A stretch of DNA of 64,000 nucleotides from Spirochaetia bacterium (GTDB lineage: Bacteria > Spirochaetota > Spirochaetia > SZUA-6 > Bin103), in assembly GCA_965208575.1 (NCBI GenBank), contig CBDBOV010000002.1:128001-192000 (forward strand), given 5' to 3'. Within the stretch, counting starts at the first letter, position 1. Every line of letters starts with the position of its first letter. Shown here piece after piece: positions 1 through 13,496 of this stretch. Under the pieces are notes generated by a model. It was given only the letters and a program-made list of their open reading frames with translations. It had not been told where the DNA came from and ran no database searches. A program made the position numbers and the translations under genes.

Positions 1-290
1 TCGGGCGCGACCTGTCCGGCCGCGCGCGCCTGCGCGACATCGACCGCGGACGCCTGCTGGTGGAGGTGGATCACCCGGCGTGGATGCAGTTGGTGCAGAT
101 GCGGCAGCGCCAGATTCTGCGTCGCGTGGCTCGCCGGTTTCCGGCGCTCGGCATTACCCGCCTGCACCTGGTGGTGCGGCCGGCCGCGCCGCCCGCTTCG
201 GAGCGCCGTCCGGGCGGTGCGGGCGCCGCTGCCGGGCCGCCTCGGCCCCCCGGGCCGGATCCGGACCTATTGCCTCACGTAAAAATCTAA
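1..290 (+). CDS. dciA: DciA (DUF721) helicase-loading protein, 5'-partial; C-terminus altered by element insertion
   Basis: Frame open from position 3: ...RLRDIDRGRLLVEVDHPAWMQLVQMRQRQIL..., typical of DUF721. It precedes rpmH as in spirochaete oriC regions. The last 7 codons come from the element. Confidence 0.75.
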   Translation, partial: GRDLSGRARLRDIDRGRLLVEVDHPAWMQLVQMRQRQILRRVARRFPALGITRLHLVVRPAAPPASERRPGGAGAAAGPPRPPGPDPDLLPHVKI

Positions 291-326
291 CCTTACGGTG
301 AGCGTGCCTCACGTAAGAATCTAACC
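271..326 (+). repeat. Left-end repeats TGCCTCACGTAARAATCTAACC x2 (271-292, 305-326)
   Basis: Two direct copies 34 bp apart, inverted relative to the right-end copies. Confidence 0.85.
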
Positions 327-377
327 GAAAGGGAGGCGGAGAACGAGGGGGGAGCGCGAGGGGGGAGACTCATAAAT

Positions 378-394
378 TGTGGATAAGTGGATAG
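378..394 (-). promoter_or_regulatory. Tandem DnaA box (perfect TTATCCACA plus overlapping CTATCCACT) inside the element
   Basis: TGTGGATAA at 378-386 and AGTGGATAG at 386-394. Confidence 0.55.
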
Positions 395-563
395 GCTGCT
401 GGGCGACCGGCCGGGTTGATTCAAGCACACCAACGCGACCGGGGGCGTATCTGGTTGGTCGGCGCGGATGAGGAGGCGTCAACGGCAGGGAGGTGGTCGG
501 TGCCGTGTCGTGTCGCTGACCGAAGAGGGGGCGGACGGGTCTGGAGGCGACTTCGGTGCTGGT

Positions 564-695
564 GACACGGGGATGTCCAGACACCACCTCGTGTCGCGGA
601 GAGGCCTTACAGCGCGGCTGAGGCGACATTTCTTGACGCCGACCGTCTGGCTCACGGATATACGGGCGTCAGAGACGCTCAGAAGTCATTTGCCG
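564..695 (+). repeat. Internal direct repeat A, diverged homologue of 2536-2669
   Basis: Core TCCAGACACCACCTCGTGTCG.GGAG.GGCCTTACAGCGCGGCTGAGGCGAC is shared; similarity extends to GTCATTT(T)GCCG. Confidence 0.8.
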
Positions 696-957
696 AGCCG
701 GGTGATGCCGCCCACGCCGCGAGCGGCGCGCAGGTTGCTGCGGAGCGCACGGAGCGAGGCGCCCCGGACAACTGCACCGAGGTGCGTTGCCCGGGGCAGG
801 GTCATGACAATTCCCCACCGCCGGGACGGGGTAGGCGACGAGGTTGCGACACCGGAGCCGTCGGGATCGAACGGGGCGGAGGAGATGCTGTACCCCGCTG
901 ACGGACGGAGGGCGTAGCCCGACCGGAGTCAGCCGGCGCGGTGCCGTGGAGGCCACC

Positions 958-2500
958 GTGGACGACGCCGAGATGGCGGACCAGGCAGCCAAGCTGCTCG
1001 CTTCCGGGATGAGCGGCTCAGCCTGCGCTCGCGAACTCGGCATCCCGGTGAGCACCTTCAACGAGAACCGCCGCGCCGGCGTCATCACAGATCCCACCCG
1101 GGAGCCCGCCGCCAGCGCCGAGGTTGCGCCGGCGGCCACCACCACTGATCACCCGGTCAGCACCGCCGCCGCGGTCAGCGACCCGGCGGTCGCCACTGAG
1201 CGCGCCAGCCGCGACGCCCGCGACAAGCACGCGCCCATGGGCCGCGCGGCGCGCGACGTGGAACGCCGCACGCTCGCCAGAGCCGGCCTGCTGACCGAGG
1301 CCACACCAGCGTTCGTCGAGCCCGCCCACGCGGTCGCTGGCGGCGGCGTGCTGGCCGCACTGGCGATGCTGCTGCGCGAGGGCCTGCTCACCGCCGCCAA
1401 CCGCCTGTTCCGCCTGCCGGCCGGATTCTACGGCCTGACCACCATCCTCCTGTTCGTCGCCTGCATGACCCTGGCCCGGGTGCGCAACCCCGAGAGCCTG
1501 CGCTACCAGGCACCCGGCGAGTGGGGCGCCATCCTCGGCCTCGACCGCTGTCCGGAGACCAAGACGCTGCGCCGCAAGATCAGGCTGCTGGCCAGCGCCG
1601 AGCACACCGTGCGCGATTGGCAATCGGTACTGGCGCGTACCTGGGCCAGCGAGCACGACGACGACTGGACGACGCTGGCCGTGGATGGCCACGTGAAGGT
1701 GTACACCGGGCGCAACGGGCGGTTGCCGAAACACTTCGTCGCACGCCAGAAGCTGTGTCTGCCGGCGTCGGTGAGCTACTGGATCAACGCCCTCGGCGGC
1801 GCACCGCTGCTGTGCCTGCACAAGGCGCTGGACCCGAAGCCGGTGAATGCGATCAAGCACGACGTGGTGCCGCAGTTGCAGCACCTGGGGGTGGTGACCG
1901 AAGCGGCCCCCGACCTGACCGGAGCACCGGCCGGTACCCCGCAGCTGACCCTGGTGTTCGACCGCGAGGGCTGGAGCCCGGACCTGTTCAAGCGCCTGGC
2001 CCGGCGTGGCATCGCCTGCATCACCTGGCACAAGAACTTCAACGGCGCGGACTGGCTGCCGGAAGACTTCCACACCTTCGAGGTACCGATCCATGGTCCC
2101 GCCGGCACCAGCACGACTGCGGTTGATCTGGCCGAGCAGCCGATCATGCTGCGCAACGGGCTGGTGGTGCGCCAGATCCGGCGGCGTCTGGCCAACGGTC
2201 GTCAGGTGGCGGTGATCACCACGCACCCGCAGATGCCGTTGGCGCAGGTCGCCGGCGCCATGTTCTCGCGCTGGTCGCAGGAGAACTTCTTCAAGTACCT
2301 GCGCGAGCAGTTCAACCTTGACGCGCTGCCGAGCCATGACCTTGCGCCGCCGGAGCCCGACGCACGGGTCGTGAACCGGTGCGCCGGGCCCTGGAAAAGA
2401 GCATCAGGCGGGTACGCAGCCGGCTGGCAGCGGTCCGCAATCGCCTCGCCGAGGCACTGCAGGGACGGCACCGGGACTCCGCCACCCGGCTTACGGTCGC
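958..2500 (+). pseudogene. Passenger DDE-type transposase pseudogene (frameshifted near 2378, truncated)
   Basis: N-terminal HTH (CARELGIPVSTF) and motifs LAVDGHVKVY, LVFDREGWS, RWSQENFFKYLR. Reading continues in another frame (VRRALEKSIRRVRSRL) and then breaks off. Confidence 0.75.
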
Positions 2501-2535
2501 GGATAAAGTTGCACTGAATTGCATGGTTATGCATA

Positions 2536-2669
2536 GACACGGGGGTATCCAGACACCACCTCGTGTCGTGGAGGGGCCTTACAGCGCGGCTGAGGCGACG
2601 TTTTCTCATCGCTGACCGCCCATTCTCCGATTATCGACCGTCAGACCCGCCTGAGAGGGTCATTTTGCC
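2536..2669 (+). repeat. Internal direct repeat B, 3' flank of the intact transposase
   Basis: Homologous to 564-695; includes the transposase stop codon. Confidence 0.8.
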
Positions 2670-3934
2670 GTGCGACCGCTGCCACCACGCTCCTCGCTCG
2701 GTGTTTGCACCGTGCTTGGTGCGGCCTTGGCGGTCTTGCTGACGTTCAGCTGCAGCAGATCCTCGGTCAACCTGGTCAGCTCGCGCTTGAGGGCGACCGG
2801 ATTCAACGTCGCGTACTGCTGCTTGAGGCGGTTCTTCACCTTCTCGCTCACCGACTCGGAGGCCAGCATGCGGTGATACGGCGTCTGCGGGTCGTCATAG
2901 ATGCGGCGCACCTTGCTGCCGGTGCGGGTTTTCTTCACCAGCTTCACCGAGGGATAGAAGAAGTTCACCAGCAGGCACAGCGGGCGGTATATCGCGTTGA
3001 GGGCAGCCAGTTCCCGGTCGGTGTCGTAACGCAGGTGGCCGACCGCCCGTCGCACCACGTGGCCATTCTTCTGCTCGACGTAGCAGGTGTCGTTCTTGCG
3101 ATGCGGGCGACCCCGAGTGAACGTGATGCCGTGCGCTTCGCAATAGCGCAGCAAATGATGATTGATGAACTCGCTGCCGTTGTCGGTGTCGATCCCCCGC
3201 ATCACGATCGGCAGGCTCTGCCGGGCAGCGTCGATCGCCTCGTGGGTCCAGCGCTGCGCCTTGTTCTGCACGCCGTACAGGTCGACCCAGCCGGTGTCAA
3301 CGTCGGTGATGGTGAGCGTGTGGCAGAAGTCGCCTGACGCGTTGCCGCCTTCATGGCCCACCAAGTCGATCTCGAAGAAGCCCGGCTCCTGCTCGTCCCA
3401 GTCAGCGAAGGTTCGGATCGCGATCTGATCCTTCAGGAGGGTGCCCGGCTTGGTGTGCGTGCGACCCTTCAGGCGCAGCCGTGCGCGCTCCTGCTGCAGC
3501 AGCCGGTCGATGGTCGCGGCGCTGATGGTCTGCAGCTTGCCGCGCACCGCTGCGGTCAGCTCGATCTCGCCGAACGACTCCAGCGTCGGCAGCATGGTGC
3601 GCAGCACGACCACCAGGCGCTTGCCGCACATGCAGTCGAACACGTACCAGATCAGCTTCAGAGCGACCAGCACCTCCTGGTCGTAGCGCCGCGGTCGCAC
3701 GCGGCGCTGGGCAGGCCGCGGACGCCCGACCACCAGCTTCACCAGTGTGCCGTCGACTCGCACCATGCGGGTCCGTCCCCACCAGGTCAACAGATGGATC
3801 GCGTACTTGCGCTGGTACCCGGTCGACTCGACGAACTCGTCGAGTATGCGCCCCTTCTCCTTCTTGCCCGCCCGACGATACCGCTGCGCGTGCTGCTCGG
3901 TGAGCTCTCGCCTTGAACTCATCTTCAACCCCAT
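2660..3934 (-). CDS. DDE/integrase-core transposase (Rv2807-like, ISNCY-type)
   Basis: 424 aa; EIDLVGHEG, GIDTDNGSEFIN, RGRPHRKNDTCYVEQKN, YDDPQTPYHR. Confidence 0.9.
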   Translation of the reverse strand: MGLKMSSRRELTEQHAQRYRRAGKKEKGRILDEFVESTGYQRKYAIHLLTWWGRTRMVRVDGTLVKLVVGRPRPAQRRVRPRRYDQEVLVALKLIWYVFDCMCGKRLVVVLRTMLPTLESFGEIELTAAVRGKLQTISAATIDRLLQQERARLRLKGRTHTKPGTLLKDQIAIRTFADWDEQEPGFFEIDLVGHEGGNASGDFCHTLTITDVDTGWVDLYGVQNKAQRWTHEAIDAARQSLPIVMRGIDTDNGSEFINHHLLRYCEAHGITFTRGRPHRKNDTCYVEQKNGHVVRRAVGHLRYDTDRELAALNAIYRPLCLLVNFFYPSVKLVKKTRTGSKVRRIYDDPQTPYHRMLASESVSEKVKNRLKQQYATLNPVALKRELTRLTEDLLQLNVSKTAKAAPSTVQTPSEERGGSGRTAK

Positions 3935-4000
3935 CTCCTCCGGAACCTCCTCACGTCCCTCGGAGAGGCTCCAACCGGACCCGGAAGGTCCAGCCCGTTC

Positions 4001-4056
4001 GGTTAGATTTTTAGATGAGGCATGCTTTCGCTACGGTTAGATTTTCGATGAGTCAA
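4001..4056 (-). repeat. Right-end repeats (4001-4022, 4035-4056)
   Basis: GGTTAGATTTTTAGATGAGGCA and GGTTAGATTTTCGATGAGTCAA, 34 bp apart, inverted relative to the left-end repeats. Confidence 0.85.
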
Positions 4057-4065
4057 TGCGCCGGA

Positions 4066-4095
4066 TTGACAGGAGCGCGGCGGCGCCCGTATACT
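4066..4095 (+). promoter_or_regulatory. Sigma70 promoter of the rpmH operon
   Basis: TTGACA (4066-4071), 18-bp spacer, TATACT (4090-4095). Confidence 0.75.
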
Positions 4096-4142
4096 CGCAC
4101 GACTGAACTCGCGACCGGCGCCAGCCGGATTCCAAGGATCTC

Positions 4143-4298
4143 ATGAAACGTACCTACCAACCAAGCCGTACACGCCGCCGCCGGCGATTCGGGTTCCGGG
4201 AACGCATGAGTACGCGTTCCGGGCGCAACATTCTCAAACGCCGGCGACGGAAGGGGCGCACCAAGCTCTCGGTGTCGGATGAAAAGAAGCCTTACTAA
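4143..4298 (+). CDS. rpmH: 50S ribosomal protein L34
   Basis: Not in the ORF track; manual translation [51 protein letters not shown]. Confidence 0.97.
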   Translation: MKRTYQPSRTRRRRRFGFRERMSTRSGRNILKRRRRKGRTKLSVSDEKKPY

Positions 4299-4671
4299 GC
4301 ACGAACGGGTTACCGACCGGCGCCGCGTGCGCAAGCTGTTCCGCGCCCGCTCCACGCCCCGCCGCAGCGGTCTGCGGGTGTACTATGCCGCCAATCATGC
4401 GGACCTGAGCCGGGTAGTGGTATGTCCGGCGCGTGGCTTCGCCCATGCGCCGGCGCGCAACCGGCAGCGCCGCCTGGTGCGTGAGGCGTACCGTCTTCTG
4501 AAACACCGCGTGGCGCCGGGCTACGACCTGCTGCTGCAGGTGCGGCCGCGGCGCCGTGAACTGGGCGTACGGGCGGCCGGCGAGATCCTTGCCGGGTTGC
4601 TCGACGGCGCCGGCCTGCTGCGCCCGCCGGTACACGACGGCGCGGGCGCGGGCCGGGGTCAAGCGCGATGA
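4279..4671 (+). CDS. rnpA: Ribonuclease P protein component
   Basis: RNR motif ([13 protein letters not shown]); synteny. Confidence 0.9.
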   Translation: MKRSLTKHERVTDRRRVRKLFRARSTPRRSGLRVYYAANHADLSRVVVCPARGFAHAPARNRQRRLVREAYRLLKHRVAPGYDLLLQVRPRRRELGVRAAGEILAGLLDGAGLLRPPVHDGAGAGRGQAR

Positions 4672-4919
4672 GCCGGGTGCAGGCGGCCGGCGCGGGGCGG
4701 CGGATGCTCACGGCCGCGATCCGGTGCTATCAACTGTTGCTGTCGCCGCTGCTGCCGGCGAGCTGCCGCTTCCACCCGACCTGTTCCCACTACATGGCCG
4801 AGGCGGTCGCCACCCATGGCGTGGTGCGCGGGACGGGTCTCGGTCTGCGGCGCATTCTGCGCTGCCATCCGTTCCACCGAGGCGGCTACGACCCGGTTCC
4901 GCCGGCACCGCGGCGTTAG
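4668..4919 (+). CDS. yidD: Membrane protein insertion efficiency factor
   Basis: [10 protein letters not shown]...[17 protein letters not shown]. Confidence 0.95.
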   Translation: MSRVQAAGAGRRMLTAAIRCYQLLLSPLLPASCRFHPTCSHYMAEAVATHGVVRGTGLGLRRILRCHPFHRGGYDPVPPAPRR

Positions 4920-4925
4920 ACTCCC

Positions 4926-6698
4926 ATGGATCGCAGAACCCTGATCGCCGTCGGCCTTTCGGTCGTCGTCATCGTCGGCAGCCTGCTGGTGCAGACGTTC
5001 CTGTTTCCGACGCCGGACGGCGCCCTCGGGTTGGGTGCGCCCACGGCCGCGAGGGTACCCGCCGCCGACCAGGACGCCGCGGCGGCGGGTGTTCGTCCCG
5101 ACGTGTTCGCGCCGGTTGCCAGCACGGTGGCCGCGGCCGGCGAAGACTCGGCGGTCGGGCCGCGCCTGATCGTCAAGGAGACCGACCTGTTTTCGCTGGC
5201 GTTTACTACCGCCGGCGGCGATCTCACTTCGATCAGGCTGAAGCAGCATCACGACGTGGACGGTACCGAGGTGGAACTGGTGCTGCGGCCCGAGCAACAT
5301 CGCCTGTTTACCGTGGCGTTCGGCGGCTTTCGCACCGAGCCGGTGGACGCCACCTTTTCGTTCCAGGAAGTGGACCAGTATACGTGGCGCTTCACGCGCC
5401 AGTTCACGGCCGAGGACGGCGTCCCGTTTACGCTCGCCAAGACGTACACGTTTCCGCCCAATTCGTACCTGTTCGAGCTCGAGATCGACATCGAAAACTC
5501 GGCCAACGCGCTGCCCGCGCTCAACTTCCAGGGCAGCTCCTACACGCTCGGCATCGGTCCGCAGATCGGCCCCGAGTACGAGAACCTGGACGGGCGCAAC
5601 GAGTTCCGCAACTTTCGCAACTACGTGGACGGCAAGGCGCGCAACCAGCGGATGCGGCGGGAAGCGGTGCTCGCCGAGACCAAGCGCGTCAACTGGACCG
5701 CGATCGCGGGCAAGTACTTCGCCATCATCGCGGTGCCCGACGCCACCCTGTACACGATCACCTACGACAAGCGCAAGGATCCGGAGCTGGGCGAACGCAC
5801 CGCCCTGTTCTTCAGCCGTCCGCAGATTACCAGTTCCCGCAACAGCGACACGTTCCGGTTCTACGCCGGTCCGCTGAAGCGGGAGATTCTGAACCGCTAC
5901 AACAACGCGGCGGCCGATCCGTTCGCGATCGGCAACTATCACTTCGAGGAGGCGGCGCGCACCAATCCGATCATCGGCTGGCTGGCCAACATACTGCGCT
6001 TCTTCCTGGACTTCTTCTACCGCCTCATTCCCAACTACGGCGTGGCCATCATCCTGCTCACCGTACTGATCAAGATTCTGTTCTTTCCGCTTACCCAGAA
6101 GAGCTTCGAGTCGACCAGCAAGATGAGCATGCTCGGTCCGAAAATCGAAGAGATCAAGAAGAAGTACCAGGGCAAGCCGGAGAAACTGAACCAGGAGATG
6201 ATGGCGCTGTACCGCAAGGAAGGCGTGAACCCGGTTGGCGGCTGTCTCCCGCTGCTGCTGCAGATGCCGATATTCTTCGCCCTGTTCGAACTGCTCAACA
6301 ATGCGTTCGACCTGCGCGGGGCGCCGTTCATCTCGCCCTGGATCGGCGACCTGTCGGCGCCGGAGAGCTTCTTGCCGTTCGGGTTCACGCTGCCGCTGCT
6401 GAACTGGGACGAGTTGCGCATTCTGCCGTTCGTCATGCTCGGAACCACGCTGCTGCAGTCGCGCATCTCGCAGAATCCGAGCGCCATGCAGCCGCAGATG
6501 AAGATGATGATGTACGCGATGCCGATATTCTTCTTCTTCATCCTGTACAGCATGCCGTCCGGGTTGGTGATCTACTGGACGATGCAGAACGTGCTGTCGA
6601 TTGCGCAGCAGCTTTACATCAATGACCGCCGCCGGCGCGCCGGACCGGACGCCGGCACGCCGGGCAAGGGCCGCGGTCCGCGCGGCAAGTCGCGTTAG
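4926..6698 (+). CDS. yidC: Membrane protein insertase YidC
   Basis: NYGVAIILLT, GGCLPLLLQMPIF, PSGLVIYW. Confidence 0.97.
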   Translation: MDRRTLIAVGLSVVVIVGSLLVQTFLFPTPDGALGLGAPTAARVPAADQDAAAAGVRPDVFAPVASTVAAAGEDSAVGPRLIVKETDLFSLAFTTAGGDLTSIRLKQHHDVDGTEVELVLRPEQHRLFTVAFGGFRTEPVDATFSFQEVDQYTWRFTRQFTAEDGVPFTLAKTYTFPPNSYLFELEIDIENSANALPALNFQGSSYTLGIGPQIGPEYENLDGRNEFRNFRNYVDGKARNQRMRREAVLAETKRVNWTAIAGKYFAIIAVPDATLYTITYDKRKDPELGERTALFFSRPQITSSRNSDTFRFYAGPLKREILNRYNNAAADPFAIGNYHFEEAARTNPIIGWLANILRFFLDFFYRLIPNYGVAIILLTVLIKILFFPLTQKSFESTSKMSMLGPKIEEIKKKYQGKPEKLNQEMMALYRKEGVNPVGGCLPLLLQMPIFFALFELLNNAFDLRGAPFISPWIGDLSAPESFLPFGFTLPLLNWDELRILPFVMLGTTLLQSRISQNPSAMQPQMKMMMYAMPIFFFFILYSMPSGLVIYWTMQNVLSIAQQLYINDRRRRAGPDAGTPGKGRGPRGKSR

Positions 6699-6721
6699 CT
6701 CATGAGATAGGAGAGGTCCGT

Positions 6722-7375
6722 ATGGCGGAACGGGAATTCGAGGGACGCACCGAAGAGGAGGCGATCGACAAGGCGATCGAAGCGCTCGGTCTTGCCGAGG
6801 ACGAGATCGACGTCGAAGTGGTCGACGAGCAGCGCCCCGGTTTCCTCAAGGGTGGCAGGGTTCGCATTCGTGTGCACCTCGCCGATGACGAGCCGGACGG
6901 CGCCGACTTGCAACCGGAGAACCCGTTCGAGGAGAGGGTCGTGGCGTTCGTCGCCGAGTTGCTCGAGCGGGCCAACCTGCCGGCTGACGTGCGCATCGAC
7001 CAGCGCGAGCAAGGGCGCCTGACGCTCGATATTCTGGCCGACGACCCGGCCATCGTGATCGGCAAACACGGCGCCACCCTGGAAGCCCTGCAACTGATCA
7101 GCAACATCCATGCCGGGCGCATAAACGACGGCGCCCCGGTGCGCGTCATCCTGGACACCGAGGACTATCGCTATCGCCGCGAACAGAGCCTGCTGCGCAT
7201 GGCGAACCGCGTTGCCCACGAGGTGCGCCGCACCGGCAGAGCGCGCCTGCTGGCGCCGCTGAACCCGTTCGAACGGCGCCTCATTCACACCGCCCTCGGC
7301 GAGATGAGCGGGGTCGCCACCGAGAGCGAAGGCGACGGCCTGTACAAGCAGATTCGGGTATCTTCCGTCGACTGA
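6722..7375 (+). CDS. jag: RNA-binding protein Jag/EloR
   Basis: Jag_N, KH (IGKHGATLEALQ) and R3H (ERRLIH) domains. Confidence 0.93.
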   Translation: MAEREFEGRTEEEAIDKAIEALGLAEDEIDVEVVDEQRPGFLKGGRVRIRVHLADDEPDGADLQPENPFEERVVAFVAELLERANLPADVRIDQREQGRLTLDILADDPAIVIGKHGATLEALQLISNIHAGRINDGAPVRVILDTEDYRYRREQSLLRMANRVAHEVRRTGRARLLAPLNPFERRLIHTALGEMSGVATESEGDGLYKQIRVSSVD

Positions 7376-7495
7376 AAGTGGCTGCCGGCGACACCTCGAA
7401 AGAACCGGCGTGGGGGTCTGCAAAGCAACGCCATAGCGGTACTTCTAGCCTTTACTTCGAGCCCGGTTACTGTTACAATTGAATCCGTCTTTTAG

Positions 7496-9466
<1,971 letters not shown>

Positions 9467-9523
9467 TGCGGCGCGGCACGGCGGTCCTGCGCGCAGATTC
9501 TCGCACGGTATTGGAGGGAGCGC

Positions 9524-11974
<2,451 letters not shown>

Positions 11975-12056
11975 CGCGCGCCCTGCGCGGCCATTTCGGC
12001 GCAGGCAGGAACGTCCGTACCGTTCGCAACGAGCGAGCGGCGCCGGTGCGAAGCAG

Positions 12057-12090
12057 GAGCGTTTCACGGGAAACCCGACGGTGAAACAAC
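12057..12090. promoter_or_regulatory. parS-like site within a 34-bp direct repeat, copy 1
   Basis: GAGCGTTTCACGGGAAACCCGACGGTGAAACAAC; GTTTCACGGGAAAC resembles the parS core GTTTCACGTGAAAC; upstream of parAB. Confidence 0.65.
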
Positions 12091-12434
12091 AGAGCACGGC
12101 GCCCGGTAATGGTCGCGGTGTCGCCGAGGGCATCCTCGTTGGCGTGCTGATCGGCGAAGGCCACTTCGGAGGCGACGGCCGGCAGCCGCAGGTCACGCTG
12201 CGGATGCACGTGGATCGCGAGGCGTTGTTCCGTTGGATCGTGGCGCGCTTCGGCGGCCGCCTGTACGGGCCCTACCACCATGGCGGGCGTCACTACTACC
12301 AGTGGATGGCCCGTGGCGAGGTTCTGCGTGAGCGGATCGTCCCGCTGCTCGACGCCTGCCTGAGCCCGGAACTGGATCGGCGCAGCTACGATCGCTACAC
12401 GGCGATGAAGGAGCGCTACCGCATCGGTGGCTGA
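12081..12434 (+). CDS. Small single-motif LAGLIDADG-like hypothetical protein
   Basis: GILVGVLIGEGHFGG helix followed by a beta-rich segment (QVTLRM...GRLYGPY...YYQWMARG); start uncertain (GTG 12081). Confidence 0.6.
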   Translation: MKQQSTAPGNGRGVAEGILVGVLIGEGHFGGDGRQPQVTLRMHVDREALFRWIVARFGGRLYGPYHHGGRHYYQWMARGEVLRERIVPLLDACLSPELDRRSYDRYTAMKERYRIGG

Positions 12435-12640
12435 CGGAATGGCGGGAGTGGGCCTGCGGGCAGCAAGCCTCGTCAGTGCAGAGCAGTGCAGAGCAACGTG
12501 CGCCCCGCACCCACGCAGACGCCGGGCGGCACTTGGGCACGGCTGCTTCCACGGAGGAGCCGGCGCAGCTTGCCCGCGCGACGCATGCGTGCCGCGCCGC
12601 CCGGCGTGGGACATCGATGGGGGCAGGTCGCTCACCCGCC

Positions 12641-12674
12641 GAGCGTTTCACGGGAAACCTGACGGTGAAACAAC
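12641..12674. promoter_or_regulatory. parS-like site within a 34-bp direct repeat, copy 2
   Basis: 33/34 identical to 12057-12090; about 60 bp upstream of parA. Confidence 0.65.
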
Positions 12675-12734
12675 TCCGGCGGACCGTCATGGTTTGCCAT
12701 CGACCGGCAACATGGCTATCGTTGAGCCGCGTTG

Positions 12735-13496
12735 ATGGCTCGGGCACGACGAATCGTTTTTGCGAATCAGAAGGGCGGCGTAGGAAAAACGACAACCGCC
12801 GTGAATCTCGGCGCCGCGCTGGCGGTGGCGGGGAAACGGGTGTTGCTGGTGGACTTCGATCCGCAGGCCAATTCGTCGACCAGCCTCGGCTGCGACGGCG
12901 AACTGGGTGGCGTCTACGAAATGATCACCGGCGAGCTTGCACCGGAGGAGGTGATCCGGCGCACCGCGGTACCGGGTTACGAGGTGGTGCCATCGAGCAT
13001 CAACCTGGCGGGAGCCGCGGTCGAGCTCGTCAACCTGGAGCGGCGCGAATTCTACCTGAGTGACGCGCTCGACGCCGTCGACAGCGCATACGACTTCCTG
13101 TTCATCGACTGTCCGCCGTCGCTCGGGATCCTGACGATCAATGGCCTCACCGCGGCGTCGCAGGTCATCATTCCGCTGCAATGCGAATATTTTGCGCTGG
13201 AGGGGCTGAGCGAACTGTTGAAGACGATCAAGCGGGTGCAGGGAACCCTGAACCCGGCGCTCACCGTGGGGGGGATTCTGTTCACCATGTTTGACGTCCG
13301 GACCCGGCTGTCGCAGGAGGTGGTGCGGGAGGTGACCGGGTTCTTCCGCCACCAGGTGTTCCGGACCATCATTCCGCGCAACGTCCGCCTCGGAGAGGCG
13401 CCATCCTATTCGCAGCCGATCCAGCTCTACGATCCGAAGTGCATCGGCGCGCGCAGTTACAACGAACTCGCCCGCGAGGTGGCGCAGCATGTCTAA
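12735..13496 (+). CDS. parA: Chromosome partitioning ATPase ParA/Soj
   Basis: NQKGGVGKTTT, DFDPQAN, IDCPPSLG, IPRNVRLGEAPS. Confidence 0.96.
   Translation: MARARRIVFANQKGGVGKTTTAVNLGAALAVAGKRVLLVDFDPQANSSTSLGCDGELGGVYEMITGELAPEEVIRRTAVPGYEVVPSSINLAGAAVELVNLERREFYLSDALDAVDSAYDFLFIDCPPSLGILTINGLTAASQVIIPLQCEYFALEGLSELLKTIKRVQGTLNPALTVGGILFTMFDVRTRLSQEVVREVTGFFRHQVFRTIIPRNVRLGEAPSYSQPIQLYDPKCIGARSYNELAREVAQHV

Larger units (their letters stand above)
266..4060 (-). mobile_element. 3,795-bp composite DDE transposon, copy 1
   Basis: Reverse complement of 15602-19396. 5-bp target duplication CCGGA at 261-265 and 4061-4065. Paired subterminal 21-22-bp repeats at each end. Encodes an intact transposase. 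Confidence 0.92.
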
